A stretch of DNA of 64,000 nucleotides from the human T2T-CHM13v2.0 reference genome, Homo sapiens. Every line of letters starts with the position of its first letter. Within the stretch, counting starts at the first letter, position 1. A model generated the notes under the pieces. The model saw only the letters and a program-made list of their open reading frames with translations. It searched no databases and was not told where the DNA came from. The stretch lies in the NCBI RefSeq assembly GCF_009914755.1, contig NC_060932.1, one strand, 5' to 3'. Position numbers and translations under genes: made by a program. Below are positions 11,711 to 27,876 of the stretch, one piece after another.

Positions 11711-13110
11711 CTCAACTATGATCATTTTAAAATAGTTTCCACAGTTAATTCCTTAACTTTGATGCATTTCTAGTCTATTGTTGAAGGACTCAAATGTATT
11801 TTGTATTTCCTTCAATGAATTTTCTAGCTGTAGAATTTCTATTTGGTTCCTTTAAAAAATCTATCTTCTTGGTAAATTTCCTATTAATATCTTGAATTAT
11901 TATTCTGATTTCTTTGTGTTGTTTTTCAGAATTCTCTTGAACCTCATTGGGCTTCTTTAAACTCAATATTTTGAATTCTTTAGCTAGGATTCTGAAAATT
12001 TCTTTTTTATTAAGGTTTATTGCTAGAAAATTATTGTGTTTCTTTGGAGGTGTCATATTTCCTTGTTTCCTGTTTCATGTGTCCTTATGTTGACATTTGC
12101 ACATCTGATAAGACTCTTTCCTGGAGATGTATCTCGGTGTTAGTTGGGTGGCATACTTCCCTTTGATTCTGGGTACATGCAGTAGTGTAGTCTCTGATTT
12201 CTTTGGCTGTAAACAGTGTTAGTGGTACCTGTGATTTCCTCAGTGGGCTGGGTGGCAGTTTTAGTGAAGGCTGTGGTAAAGCTGTGCTGGGTACTGTGAT
12301 GCCAGTGGGCCAGTCTGCAGGCCAGTGGTGGCAGTGGTGGGCTGGGTGTGCCTATCTTTGTGTCCCAGGGCAGTGTATTCTGGCACCTGTGTTGATAGCT
12401 ATCAGCAGGCTAATTCTTGGGCTTCAAGGTGGCTTGCTTGGATTCTGGCAGTGGCAGCAGTAGACTGAGCAGGGGGGCACGTTCTTAGGCCCTCAGAAGT
12501 CAGTGTGGCATGGGCAATGTCTGCAGCAGTGGTGAGATGATTCTCTGGATCTGCAGCAGTGTGCACTGATGTTGGTGGTGACTGAGATGGGCTGAGTGGC
12601 CCAGTCTGCAAGTTCGCAGGTGGTACTGGCGGGTAGGTGCCAGCTGTGTTGGTAGCGACTGGGAGTTTAGGAGCAACAACCTCAGGCCCCTGGGAAGAGT
12701 GATCAGGTGCCCAAGTTGGCGGCTTGAGCAATCCCCAGGACCCTGGGCTGTGTGCTCTGTCTAGGGAGGGTGGGGGGCAAGGCTGGGCTGGGCTGGGCAG
12801 GCTTGTGCTGAGGCCCTCAATGATGAGAGTCGGCACTGGTCATGGGGGCTGGGGATGGTGCAGTCCTCAGCCAGACAGAGTACTTGTGTGAGGGGTTGTG
12901 GCAGCTGCACTTAAGCCCTGCCACTGGAGAAGGTGGAGCTGTCCTCAGTGAGCACAGCCCAGTCCAGCAGGTGGAAAATGCACATCCCGCTCACACTCCG
13001 GTCTAGGCAGGGTTTGCTCTCCAGCTCCAGCAGCGGTATCCTGCGCCTAGCTCACACTCCCACTCCAGCTACAGGAGCCCTCACCCAACTGGCGACCAAG
13101 CCCTCAATTT
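11711..13110 (-). mobile_element. L1M (L1MA-type) 5' UTR and ORF1 N-terminus
   Basis: ORF 11790-12056 MTPPKKHNNF...KEFKIL.LKK.NE.QENSEKQ..EIR is L1 ORF1p; GC-rich 5' region upstream. Confidence 0.85.
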
Positions 13111-13562
13111 TGCTGTAGGAGGTTATTTCTTGTCATTAAGAGTTTTAAAGCCAAACATAGTTTAAAAACGGGAAGCAGAGGCTGCTGTGTCATTCATTTG
13201 TTCTGTAAAAAGAACCCAGTGGGAGCCCAGCTACTATGGCATCTAAAAGTAAAAGCTCTTGGCATCCTGAGCTGTGGCCAAATTCTGCCATCCCTTTGGC
13301 TTTTAAGCCATGGAAATTGATTTTAGATCCTCAGGGTTAGAATTACTCACCCCATTCACAATATTATAATTCTTTAAAGAATGTTTTGTGTGGTTGCACT
13401 AGAGTTTGCAATGTACATTTATAACAAAGTACACTTAATACTAAAATGCTTCATAGGTAGTGCTGATATCTATCAGAGTTTTCCCAATTCATCTCTTCCT
13501 TATAAAATTGCTGTCATTAATTACACATATTCATATAATATAATCATGCAATATGTTGTTTT

Positions 13563-13760
13563 TGTCAGCTTAAAAGAAAGAAGCCTAAGCATAAAATGTA
13601 ATTTGAAGAGTATACTTGAACCAAAGTGAGGACAGCTGCCTGGGACCACTTCCAAGTGGCCTTGGGGAGTGCTCTGTCACCTTTGTTACAAGCAGGCTTT
13701 TAAATGCAAAAGGGAACAAGTAATGGGCTGATACAAAGTTGTTTGACAGGAAGTCTCATA
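13563..13760 (-). mobile_element. MER65-like LTR 3' fragment
   Basis: TGGGCTGATACAAAGTTGTTTGACAGGAA is the reverse complement of the motif in the MER65 LTR at 18750-18780. Confidence 0.65.
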
Positions 13761-14449
13761 AGAGAATTTACTTTTACCTCTACATATTATTTATCTTTTC
13801 TTGATGGTTTCTTTACATAGACTGAGTTTCTGAATATATCATTTTATGTTTCCCTGAACAAATTTTTATAGAGATATTTTTTAAAAGCAGATTTAGGTTC
13901 AGAGCAAAATCAGACAGCAAGGACAGAGAATTCCCATATACCCTTCACTGCCACACATACATAGCCTCCCCACTACCAATATCCTGGTCCAAAGTGGTAT
14001 ATTTGTTACTGTCAATAAACTTTTGTTGACTTTCACTGGTCAATATCACCAAAAGTTCACAGTTGACATTAAAGATCATTCTGGGGTTGTACATTTTATG
14101 GGTTCTGACAAATCTGTAATGACATGTATCCATTATTATAGTGTCATGCAGAATAGTTTCACTCCTCTAAATATCCTGTCTTCTGCCTATTATCTCTCCC
14201 TTTCCCCTAGTACCTTGCAATCACTTATATTTTTACTGTTGCCACAGTTTTGCCTTTTCCAGAATGTCATACAGTTGAGACCATACAGTATGTAGCATTT
14301 TAAGATTGATTTCTTTCACTTAGTAATATGCATTTCCATTTCTTCTATGTCTGTTCATGGTTTGATGCTCATTTCTTTTTAGCACTAAATAATATTTCAT
14401 TGTCTCAATGTACCAGAGTTAACTCATTCATTCCCCTGCTAAAAGACAT

Positions 14450-15006
14450 TGTAGGAGCCAAAGAAAACTTCCCCTCCACTCTCTGAAGGTTCACTGAAAA
14501 GTCAACTCACAAAAGGAGATTATTAGGAAAAATGGAATCAAATTTATTAATATGCACATAAAGGAGAACCATAGAGTGATTACCTCAAGCCCCAGTGCGG
14601 TTCAGAAACTTATATACCATCTTGAGGTTACTGAAAGAATGGGGGCTTGGATTATCGTGAAACAGATTATGGTGGCAAAATAGGTTATGGGAGGGGGAGA
14701 AGAGAAGGCCTGGCTAGCAAAGGTGGACTCGTTATGTAAATACACTCTCACAGATGGCAGTCCTCAGAAAGAATAAATGGTAAATGTTTCTTTCAGTTGC
14801 TTAAAGGTGTCAGACTCTCAGTTTATCATTCCTAGATCCAGACAAGGAAAGGCCTCAGAAAAAGCCAGGCTGCATCAATGCAGATCTCTACAAAGCAAAT
14901 CTCCCCTACAAAAGACAACTTTTCATTTCTTCTTGCACCTTCAGCCTTTCTTAATATCTATCTTCAAGGAAATATATTTTAGGGTGAAATATTTGAATTT
15001 TCTTCA
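14450..15006 (-). mobile_element. MER34 solo LTR
   Basis: TG..CA ends; reverse complement of the 16288-16868 element; perfect 4-bp TSD ACAT (14446-14449/15007-15010). Confidence 0.88.
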
Positions 15007-15178
15007 ACATCTGGGTTGCTTCCCAGTTTTGGCAATTAATAAAACTGCTGTAAACATCTATGTGCAGGTTTGGAGTTGGACATACATTTTCAGCCCCTTT
15101 GGGATCAATATCCAAAAGCATGATTGCTTTATCTAGTACTAAGAGTAAGTTTAATTTTGTAAGAAACTGTTGAACTGC

Positions 15179-15715
15179 TGTTACAGTATGTTCCTAGCCA
15201 ACAGGCAGAATGGACTCCCTGTGGCTAACTGAGGTGATCAAAGTTAAAACAGAATGAGGTGGCCATGTCTGGGTGAGGAAGCTGTTATGTATTCTGTGCT
15301 CGCAGAAAAATGTTGTAAACATGTCACAGGACCTCCCTTTCTACAATTAAGCCAAATCAGTTCTTGTTGGCAGTGCTGAGATAGACTACAGCTGGAAATT
15401 CCCCAACTTACTTCAAACAAACCACCTGGTCCCAACTGACTGACCATCTGGAATCAGCCAATTAAGAGAGACTGGTGATTTGGGACTTAAAGGTCCCCCA
15501 ATCAAGATTCTGTTCTCATTCCCCTGACTCCTCTCTCCTGCCCTGCAAGTTTTGCCTTTATCATCACTCATTCTCTAACCTCACCCCCTCAGGGAAGGCT
15601 TTCATTTTACAGTGGGGGCTGTATCTCCCCAGTCCACAGATTTTTTTTTTTTTTTTTTTTAAGAAAATAAAACTCTCCTTTTCTCCTCTGCAGATACCAT
15701 GGTCTTTTGTTAACA
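15179..15715 (+). mobile_element. MER67-like ERV1 solo LTR
   Basis: TGTTACAG...AATGGACTCCCTGTGGCTAACTGAGG...TTTTGTTAACA; TSD CTGC/CTGT. Confidence 0.75.
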
Positions 15716-16287
15716 CTGTCTTTCAAAGTGGCTGCACCATTTTGCATTCCCACCAGCAATGAATGAGAATCCTCATTGCTCCAAATCCTTGCCAGCATGT
15801 GGTATTCTCAGTGTCCTGGATTTTTGCCATTCTAATGGATATGTAGTACTACTTCACTGTTGCATCACCTCTCTACTTACATTACCCATTTGTCCTTGCA
15901 TTTTGTCTACTTCTTCCATTAGAGTCCTTAGCATATTAATTATAATTACAGTTATCTTACATTCCCTGTTTGATAAATCCAAAATCTGGGTCTTGTCTGA
16001 GTCTAGTTCTGATGCTTGCTTTGTCTCTTCAGACTGTTTTTTTTTAATGCCCTTGATATGTCTTGCAACTTTTTTCTTGAAAGCCAGACATGACGTATGA
16101 GGTAATGGGAACTGAGGCGAATAGGCCTTTCCTGTGAGGTTTTATGTTAATCTGTTAGGGGGATGGGTTGCATTTAATATTTGCTGCTGCTGCAGGTGTC
16201 AGAGATTTCAATTTCCTATAGTATCCTTGTTTTCTGCCTCCTTTGTATTCTTGGGTTTTCCCTAAAATCTCTTTCTAAATAGCATAT

Positions 16288-16868
16288 TGATGGAAATCAA
16301 AATATTTAACCTCAAGATATACTTCTTTGACATATTTTGAGTTGACTGTTCATATGGCCTGCAAACAGAAGTAGCCCTGAAAAGCTGTCTTTTATGGGGG
16401 AGATTTGCATCTGTAGAGAATCAGCATTGATGCAGCCAGGCTTTCTCTGAGGCCCTTGTTTGTCTGGCTCTAGGAAAGATTAACTGAGAGTCTGACACCT
16501 TTAAAGTTATGAAAGAAACATTTCCCATCTATTCTCTCTGAGGGCTGCTGCCTATGAGATTTCATCAATATAAAAAAACTGCCTTTGCTAGCCAGGCCTG
16601 CTCTTTCCACTCCATAACCTGTGTGGCCACTATATCCTAACTTACCATCATCACCTGTTTATGGCCATGCGCTGAACCCCCATTTCTTCTGCAATTTCAA
16701 GATGGTAAACAAGCTTCTGTATCCCAGTGGGGCATTGGGATAATCACTCTGTGGTTCTCCCCATGCATGTTAATAAATTTGTATGCCGTTTCTCCTATAA
16801 ATCTGCCTTTTGTAAGTTGATTTTTCAGTGATCCTTCAGAGGGCTAAGGGAATCCCTTAGCCCCTACA
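16288..16868 (+). mobile_element. MER34 solo LTR
   Basis: TGATGGAAATCAAAATATTT...TTAATAAATTTGTATGCC...GCCCCTACA. Confidence 0.88.
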
Positions 16869-17022
16869 GTGTGCATCTTGTAGCTTTTAAAGCTGAGATC
16901 CCCTGATATTATACTGAGGCCTCATTGATGTGGTGGTAAGGTGCAAGGGGAGGGTAAGTGTTTTATAATTCTGTGAGTAAATTCAGCCTTTCAGTGTGCC
17001 TATGTCCCTGGGCTGTGTACCT

Positions 17023-17704
17023 TGAGAAATAAAAGCATAATTCTAAGCCCCCAATCAACTGAATGTGCCATCTCTTGGCTAAGGGAACCTGAGAGTAATC
17101 TTGAAAACAGTTCTTGGCCATGACAGGATGGGAGGGGTCAGACACACCTTGTTACACTTCCTCCCTAGCTCAACATGATTAGGATCAGGCTTCTTCCCTA
17201 AAGACCTAACAGAAACCAGCCCTTTCCAGAGACTCCACGTCTGATATCAACCAACCACCTGATGATGCCCCTTCCTTTTTGCCTGATAAGAAACGATTGA
17301 CCACAGAGTCATTCTGGCCATACTACAGAGATTGCACAATGAGGATTTTCATGTCCTCTGCTTTACCTTTTGATGTTGGATGCCTGAAAACACCCTTGAA
17401 TCATGCTAATGCCACTACGTTTTCACAGGACCCATGAAGGAGCATCAAGCTCAGCCTCAGGTGTGTATGTTTCCCCTTTTATAAGTCTTCATGACTCCTA
17501 TAGCTTATCAAATATGTATATTTGGAAACCCTACTCAGCAAAAATTCTGTTCCCTTTGCCCCTCCCGAGAAGTATAGAGGCTATGCTTCCCAACCTGTCA
17601 GAATGACCAACCTGCCAGAATGGCCAACCTGCAGGCTGCAGCCCTTTATGAGAAATACAGTTCTCCTTTCCAAGTTTATGAACCTTGTCTTTCTTCAGTT
17701 GATA
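17023..17704 (+). mobile_element. MER39 solo LTR
   Basis: TGAGAAATAAAAGCATAATTCTAAGCCCCC...CTTCAGTTGATA; TSD ACCT/ACTT. Confidence 0.8.
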
Positions 17705-18345
17705 ACTTCTCAAGTCTTAGTTTCTCTCCTCCTTAAGTGAGATAGAAAGGCTGGAATGTACGGGAATTGGGTTATTTCCCTTCTCTCCTCTCAGATGAGG
17801 CTTTCGTAAAGTTTTTCTGTATGGATTGGACTTTGCTATGGAGAAGGCTCTAGAAATATTCCAAAATGGTTATTTCCTTATCCTCTTCCTGCCAGAAACA
17901 TGAAGGGTTTTTCTTGGCTCTTCAGCATGAGAACATGGTGGGGTTCCTAGAGGTAAAAGCCTTGAAAAAGGGGTCCCCTAAGGCTCTAGATACCAGGAAT
18001 CTCTCCCTCTCATACTAGTGTACATTTTACTTCTAGCACTTCCTCAAGGTTATTGTTTAAGTGTTCCTACCAGCTTGTGGCTCTACTGGCATTTGAACCA
18101 GATAAGCTGATCTTGACTGCACTTCCCTATATGCAGTTGTCTCTTCAGATTTTGGGCTGGCAATTTTCCCTGTGAACTGAAGGCAAAAAGGAACTTCTAT
18201 TTGAGGAACGCAAGTCCTTTTAAAGATCTGGCCCAGGGAGAGATTAAAATGAGACAGCAAATCATACCTTACTCCCCCACTTGAGTTATGTATTCATCTC
18301 TTGAAACTGGTTGATTGCCCCAAGTAGCTATAAATTAACCTAATA

Positions 18346-18646
<301 letters not shown>

Positions 18647-18951
18647 AAATTAACCTAATAATGCCATACAGGACACTATAAACCACACCCTATAGCTTAA
18701 GAATGTATAGCCAATCACTAATCAATATTATTTCTATAAACCAACAAGAATTCCTGGCAAACAATCTTGTATCAGCCCACTCATTCTCTCCCTCTTTTTT
18801 TTTTTTGGCTTTTAAAAATCCACTTGTAACTGCTGCTAATAGGAGTGTGTATTCAGGGAAACTTGAATGTATGTTCTTTGGTTGCAATTGGCAAGATTTG
18901 CACAAATAAATTTCTTCTTACTTATATTAATTTTGCCTCAGCCTCTTCTTT

Positions 18952-19989
18952 TGTAAACCAAAAATGAAATTAAAAGCCCCTAACCAACGGAATGGATCCT
19001 TTCTTTTGGCCAAAGACATTCCAGAGTAAAACTGGAAAACTAGTTCAGGCCACAATGGCATGGACAGGTTGGACATGCGTCATTACACTCTCCTCCCTTT
19101 GGAATTCAGGCACAATTAACCAGCATTAACAGTAAAACAGAGATCTTAAGAGTGACAAAACAGACTCTTTGTAGCACAAAATATCAAATTCCAACCTGGC
19201 TCTAATATAGCATCATATGATAGGTAGCAGGCTCTGAAAGAAATTGAAGTATTTCACTCTAAAATATATTCCTTTGACATATTTTGAAATAGCACTGCAA
19301 AGCTGTCTCTTGTGGGGAACGTCTACATCCTATTGAGAATCTCCCTTTGTTTTCAGATCGTTTCTTGATGCAAGACAGATTTAACTGAGTCTGACACATT
19401 TTTAGGTCTGATAAAAGACATTTTTCATCTATTCTCTCTGAAGCCTGCTAACTGGAGGCTTCATTGACATAATAAAAACCATGGTCTCCACAACCCCTTA
19501 TCTCAACCCAGACACTCCTTTCTGTTGATTCTAGGTCTTTGGATAATATCTTAACTCTTTCAATCAATTGCCAGTTAGAAAAATCTTTGAATCCACTTAT
19601 GACCTGGAGGCATGCCCCTACCCTGCTTCAGGTTTTCCTGCCTTTCCTTACCAAACCAATGTACATCTTACATGAATAGATTGATATCTGCCTGTAACTT
19701 CTGCCCCCTGAAATGTATAAAATCAAGCTGTAACCCAACCACCTTGGGCACATGTTCTCAGGACCTCTTGAGACTGTGCCTTAGGCTTTGGCCACTCATA
19801 GTTGGGTCAGAATAAATCCCTCCAAATATTTTACAGAGTTTTACTCTTTTTTAATAGGAGGAGGTTTAATAGGTGGAAGAGAAGAGAAAGAGAAACAGCT
19901 CTCTGTCTATATAGAGAGGGGTCTCCTAGTGGAATGGACTGGCTGGTGGCAAATTTGCTGGATTTTATAGTCCCCCTTTTTTATCAATA
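18952..19989 (+). mobile_element. MER4D-like solo LTR
   Basis: TGTAAACCAAAAATGAAATT start; CACCTTGGGCACATGTTCTCAGG; TSD CTTT/CCTT; last bases displaced by a 122-bp insert. Confidence 0.85.
19854..19975 (-). mobile_element. Fragment of another ERV1 LTR (MER66-like TATA-to-polyA region)
   Basis: Minus strand GACTATAAAATCC...CTCTTCCACCTATTAAACCTCC; flanked by CTTTTTTA repeats. Confidence 0.55.
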
Positions 19990-21221
19990 CCTTTTAGGTT
20001 GACATATCTGGCATAAGTCAGCAGGATTCAGAGTGACCACCCCAACCATCTGAATGTGGCATTTGGTACCAGCATGACCATTTGTCTTCAGAAGTCCCAC
20101 CAGTTGTCGCTGGTCAGTTCTCCTGAATTTTGACCTCTCACATTTTGGTCTTATTTGGGCTTACTTGGTCCCATTTGGACCTCTTATTTGGGCTGTTTCT
20201 CTTTCTCTTCTCTTCTCTTCTGCCTATTAAACCTCCTCCTTGGTAATTTTACCAAGGCTTTAACTGGAATGGCATATTTTCAAATATGACCAGACTGCTT
20301 TGGGGAATGCAGGTTGAGTTTACAGAGCCAATAAACAGCCTGTACCTTGTTTACGTGATTCCTTTACAAAGTTTCTATTCTTGCAGTAGGTAAAGAGTGT
20401 TATCTTCTGACCGGCCCAGGATCCTCAAGTTATTTTGGCACCTTGAGAAGATAGGAATTCACTCAATTTGTACAAGTATTACAGACAGTCTAATGAAAAG
20501 TCTTTCACTTGGTTAGCCTCAAGGGTTTTAAAAGTCTCATCTGAAATTTCCTATGAAATAAGTCCCAGCAAAGCCAACTTTAAAATAACCTATATGGCCA
20601 TTCTGTATTCTTGTTGCACTTTATGCAAATAAGGAGGCCAAGTATAATAAGACTAAAACTTGTTTTGCAAATAAATTGGTCCTGCTAAGATCATCTTTGA
20701 TAAAAATGGAGAAGTGGTAAAAGAAAAAAAGTATGTTTCAGAAGGAAGTTATAGTACATCTATTGTTAGCTTATAGCTTTGTTTGTTATTCTTGAGTTTT
20801 ATTATTTGTCTACAATTTGGAGTAGATGCTGAATCACTTCTTGGCAACAACAAATCTCTATAAAAGATCCCAGTTTAATTTTCTTTATAAAAGAACCCAG
20901 TTTTAGTTGATGCCCTGATGAAATAGATTTTGTTGTTGTTGTTGTGGCACACAAATCCTCTTTTGATTGTGCACTGTCTCTACTATTTAATTTTTTATTT
21001 TTTTATTTTTTATTATTATTATACTTTAAGTTTTAGGGTACATGTGCACAATGTGCAGGTTAGTGACATATGTATACATGTGCCATGCTGGTGCGCTGCA
21101 CCCACTAACTCATCATCTAGCATTAGGTATATCTCCCAATGCTATCCCTCCCCCTCCCCCCACCCCACAACAGTCCCCAGAGTGTGATGTTCCTCTTCCT
21201 GTGTCCATGTGATCTCATTGT

Positions 21222-25050
<3,829 letters not shown>

Positions 25051-25113
25051 TATGATGTTAGCTGGTTATTTTGCTCATTAGTTGATGCAGTTTCTTTCTT
25101 GTCTCGATGGTCT

Positions 25114-26129
25114 TTACATTTTGGCATGATTTTGCAGGGGCTGGTACCAGTTGTTCCTTTCCATGTTTAGTGCTTCCTTCAGGAGCTCTTTTAGGGCAGG
25201 CCTGGTGGTGACAAAATCTCTCAACATTTGCTTGTCTGTAAATTATTTTATTTCTCCTTCACTTATGAAGCTTAGTTTGGCTGGATATGAAATTCTGGGT
25301 TGAAAATTCTTTTCTTTAAGAATGTTGAATATTGGCCCCCACTCTCTTCTGGCTTGTAGAGTTTCTGCCAAGAGATCCGATGTTAGTCTGATGGGCTTCC
25401 CTTTGAGGGTAACCTGACCTTTCTCTCTGGCTGCCTTTAACATTTTTTCCTTCATTTCCACTTTGGTGAATCTGACAATTATGTGTCTTGGAGTTGCTCT
25501 TCTCGAGGAGTATCTTTGTGGCGTTCTCTGTATTTCCTGAATCTGAATGTTGGCCTGCCTTGCTAGATTGGGGAAGTTCTCCTGGATAATATCCTGCAGA
25601 GTGTTTTCCAACTTGGTTCCATTCTCCCCGTCACTTTCAGGTACACCAATCAGACGTAGATTTGGTCTTTTCACATAGTCCCATGTTTCTTGGAGGCTTT
25701 GTTCTTTCATTTTTATTCTTTTTCTCTAAACTTCCCTTCTCGCTTCATTTCGTTCATTTCATCTTCCATCACTGATACCCTTTCTTCCAGTTGATCGCAT
25801 CGGCTCTTGAGTCTTCTGCATTCTTCGCGTAGTTCTCCAGCCTTGGCTTTCAGCTCCATCAGCTCCGTTAAGCACTTCTCTGTATTGGTTATTCTAGTTA
25901 TACATTCTTCTAAATTTTTTTCAAAGTTTTCAACTTCTTTGACTTTGGTTTGAATTTCCTCCTGTAGCTCGGAGTAGTTTGATCGTCTGAAGGCTTCTTC
26001 TCTCAGCTCATCAAACTCATTCTCCATCCAGCTTTGTTCCGTTGCTGGTGAGGAATTGCGTTCCTTTGGAGGAGGAGAGGTGCTCTGCTTTTTAGAGTTT
26101 CCAGTTTTTCTGCTCTGTTTTTTCCCCAT
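25114..26129 (-). pseudogene. L1 ORF1p, disrupted
   Basis: MGKKQSRKTGNSK...WDYVKRPNLRLIGVPE...ARREW...YPAKLS; frameshift near 25720 and premature stop at 25243. Confidence 0.97.
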
Positions 26130-27167
26130 CTTTGTGGTTTTATCTACTTTTGGTCTTTGATGATGGTGATGTACAGATGGGTTTTTGGTGTAGATGTCCT
26201 TTCTGTTTCTTAGTTTTCCTTCTAACAGAGAGGACCCTCAGCTGCAGGTCTGTTGGAGTTTGCTAGAGGTCCACTCCAGACCCTGTTTGCCTGGGTATCA
26301 GCAGCGGTGGCTGCAGAACAGTGGTTTTTTGTGAACCGTGAATGCTGCTGTCTGATCGTTCCTCTGGAAATTTTGTCTCAGAGGAGTACCCAGCCGTGTG
26401 AGGTGTCAGTCTGCCCCTGCTGGGGGGTGCCTCCCAGTTAGGCTGCTCAGGGGTGAGGGGTCAGGGACCCACTTGAGGAGGCAGTCTGCCCGTTCTCAGA
26501 TCTCCAGCTGAGTGCTGGGAGAACCACTGCTCTCTTCAAAGCTGTCAGACAGGGGCATTTAAGTTTGCAGAGGTTACTGCTGTCTTTTTGTTTGTCTGTG
26601 CCCTGCCCCTAGAGGTGGAGCCTACAGAGGCAGGCAGGCCTCCTTGAGCTGTGGTGGGCTCCACCCAGTTAGAGCTTCCCGGCTGCTTTGTTTACCTAAG
26701 CAAGCCTGGGCAATTGTGGGCCCCCCTCCCCCAGCCTCGCTGCTGCCTTGCAGTTTGATCTTAGACTGCCGTGCTAGCAATCAGTGAGACTCCATGGGTG
26801 TAGGACCCTCTGAGCCAGGTGTGGGATATAATCTCCTGGTGCGCTGTTTTTTAAGGCCGTCGGAAAAGCGCAGTATTCATGTGGGAGTGACCCGATTTTC
26901 CAGGTGCCTTACGTCACTCCTTTCTTTGACTAGGAAAGGGAACTCCCTGACCGCTTGCACTTCCCAGGTGAGGCAATGCCTCGCCCTGCTTTGGCTCACG
27001 CACAGTGCACTGCACTCACTGACCTGTGCCCCCTGTCTGGCACTCCCTAGTGAGATGAACCCGGTACCTCAGATGGAAATGCAGAAATCACCCATCTTCT
27101 GTGTGGCTCATGCTGGGAGCTGTAGACCGGAGCTGTTCCTATTCGGCCATCTTGGCTCCTCCCCCCT
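26130..27167 (-). promoter_or_regulatory. L1 5'UTR internal sense promoter and antisense promoter
   Basis: Intact YY1 site CGGCCATCTTG (27144-27154); antisense donor CAG|GTGAGG (26965-26973); many CpGs decayed. Confidence 0.75.
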
Positions 27168-27400
27168 CTATTTAATTTTTAAACATTATTTATTTCTTGT
27201 TGTTTTTCTTCTTCTGAAAAAACTAAATTCTTAGTACTCAAATGAGTAGGTATAATTCAACAAGTGACAGCAGCCATAGATCAGTGACTTTGACAGCACT
27301 ACTCAGCAACGAATCTTCCCAGCAATGACAGACATTTTGACACTCAACTTTTGATCATCAGTTCTTTGAAGAATAAAGATTTTTGATCAAAAAAGGGAAA

Positions 27401-27876
27401 TGAGAAAATAAAAGAGCTTTTATCTGAGGAAGGCAAGTTCTACTAGTTATCAGGCCTAGACAATAAGATGAAACAGCAATCCCATCCTACTCTCCACTTT
27501 GAGTTACGTATTCTTCTCTTGAAACTGCTTGCTATTGTTACAAGTAGCTATAAATTACCTTAATAATGCCACACAGGACACTCTAACCTATACCCTGTAG
27601 CTTAAGAATGTATAGCCAATCATTAATAAGTGTTATTTCTATAAACCAATAAGAAACAACTTTCTATATACCAATGAGAAACAAACAAGTTTCTATCAGC
27701 CCACTCACTGTTCCCCCATTTTTTGCCTTTAAAAATCTGCTTGTAACTGCTGCTAATAGGAGTGTGTGTTCAGGGCACCTTGAATCTACTCTCCCGGGTT
27801 GCATTTCTCAAATTTGGCCCAAATAAACTCTCTACTTATATTAATTTTGCCTCAGCTTCTCTGTTTTAGGTCATCA
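27401..27876 (+). mobile_element. MER65 3' LTR
   Basis: TGAGAAAATAAAAGAGCTTTTATCTGAGGAA...AATAAACTCTCTACTTATATTAATTTTGCCTCAGC...TCA. Confidence 0.9.

Larger units (their letters stand above)
13876..15871 (-). mobile_element. L1MC1/2-like 3' end, split by two LTRs
   Basis: TTTAGGTTCAGAGCAAAAT...CAGAGAATTCCCATATACCC; sequence is continuous across the MER34 and MER67 insertions. Confidence 0.8.

Noticed and set aside
12203-13118. GC-rich ORFs and CpG-island-like composition
   Set aside because: Old L1M 5' region; CpG-poor, and the ORFs are low-complexity read-throughs.
26713-27234. L1 ORF0 / 146-aa antisense ORF
   Set aside because: The ORF0 ATG is mutated to ATT; the listed ORF starts at a likely CpG-decay-derived ATG inside the 5'UTR and has no independent support.
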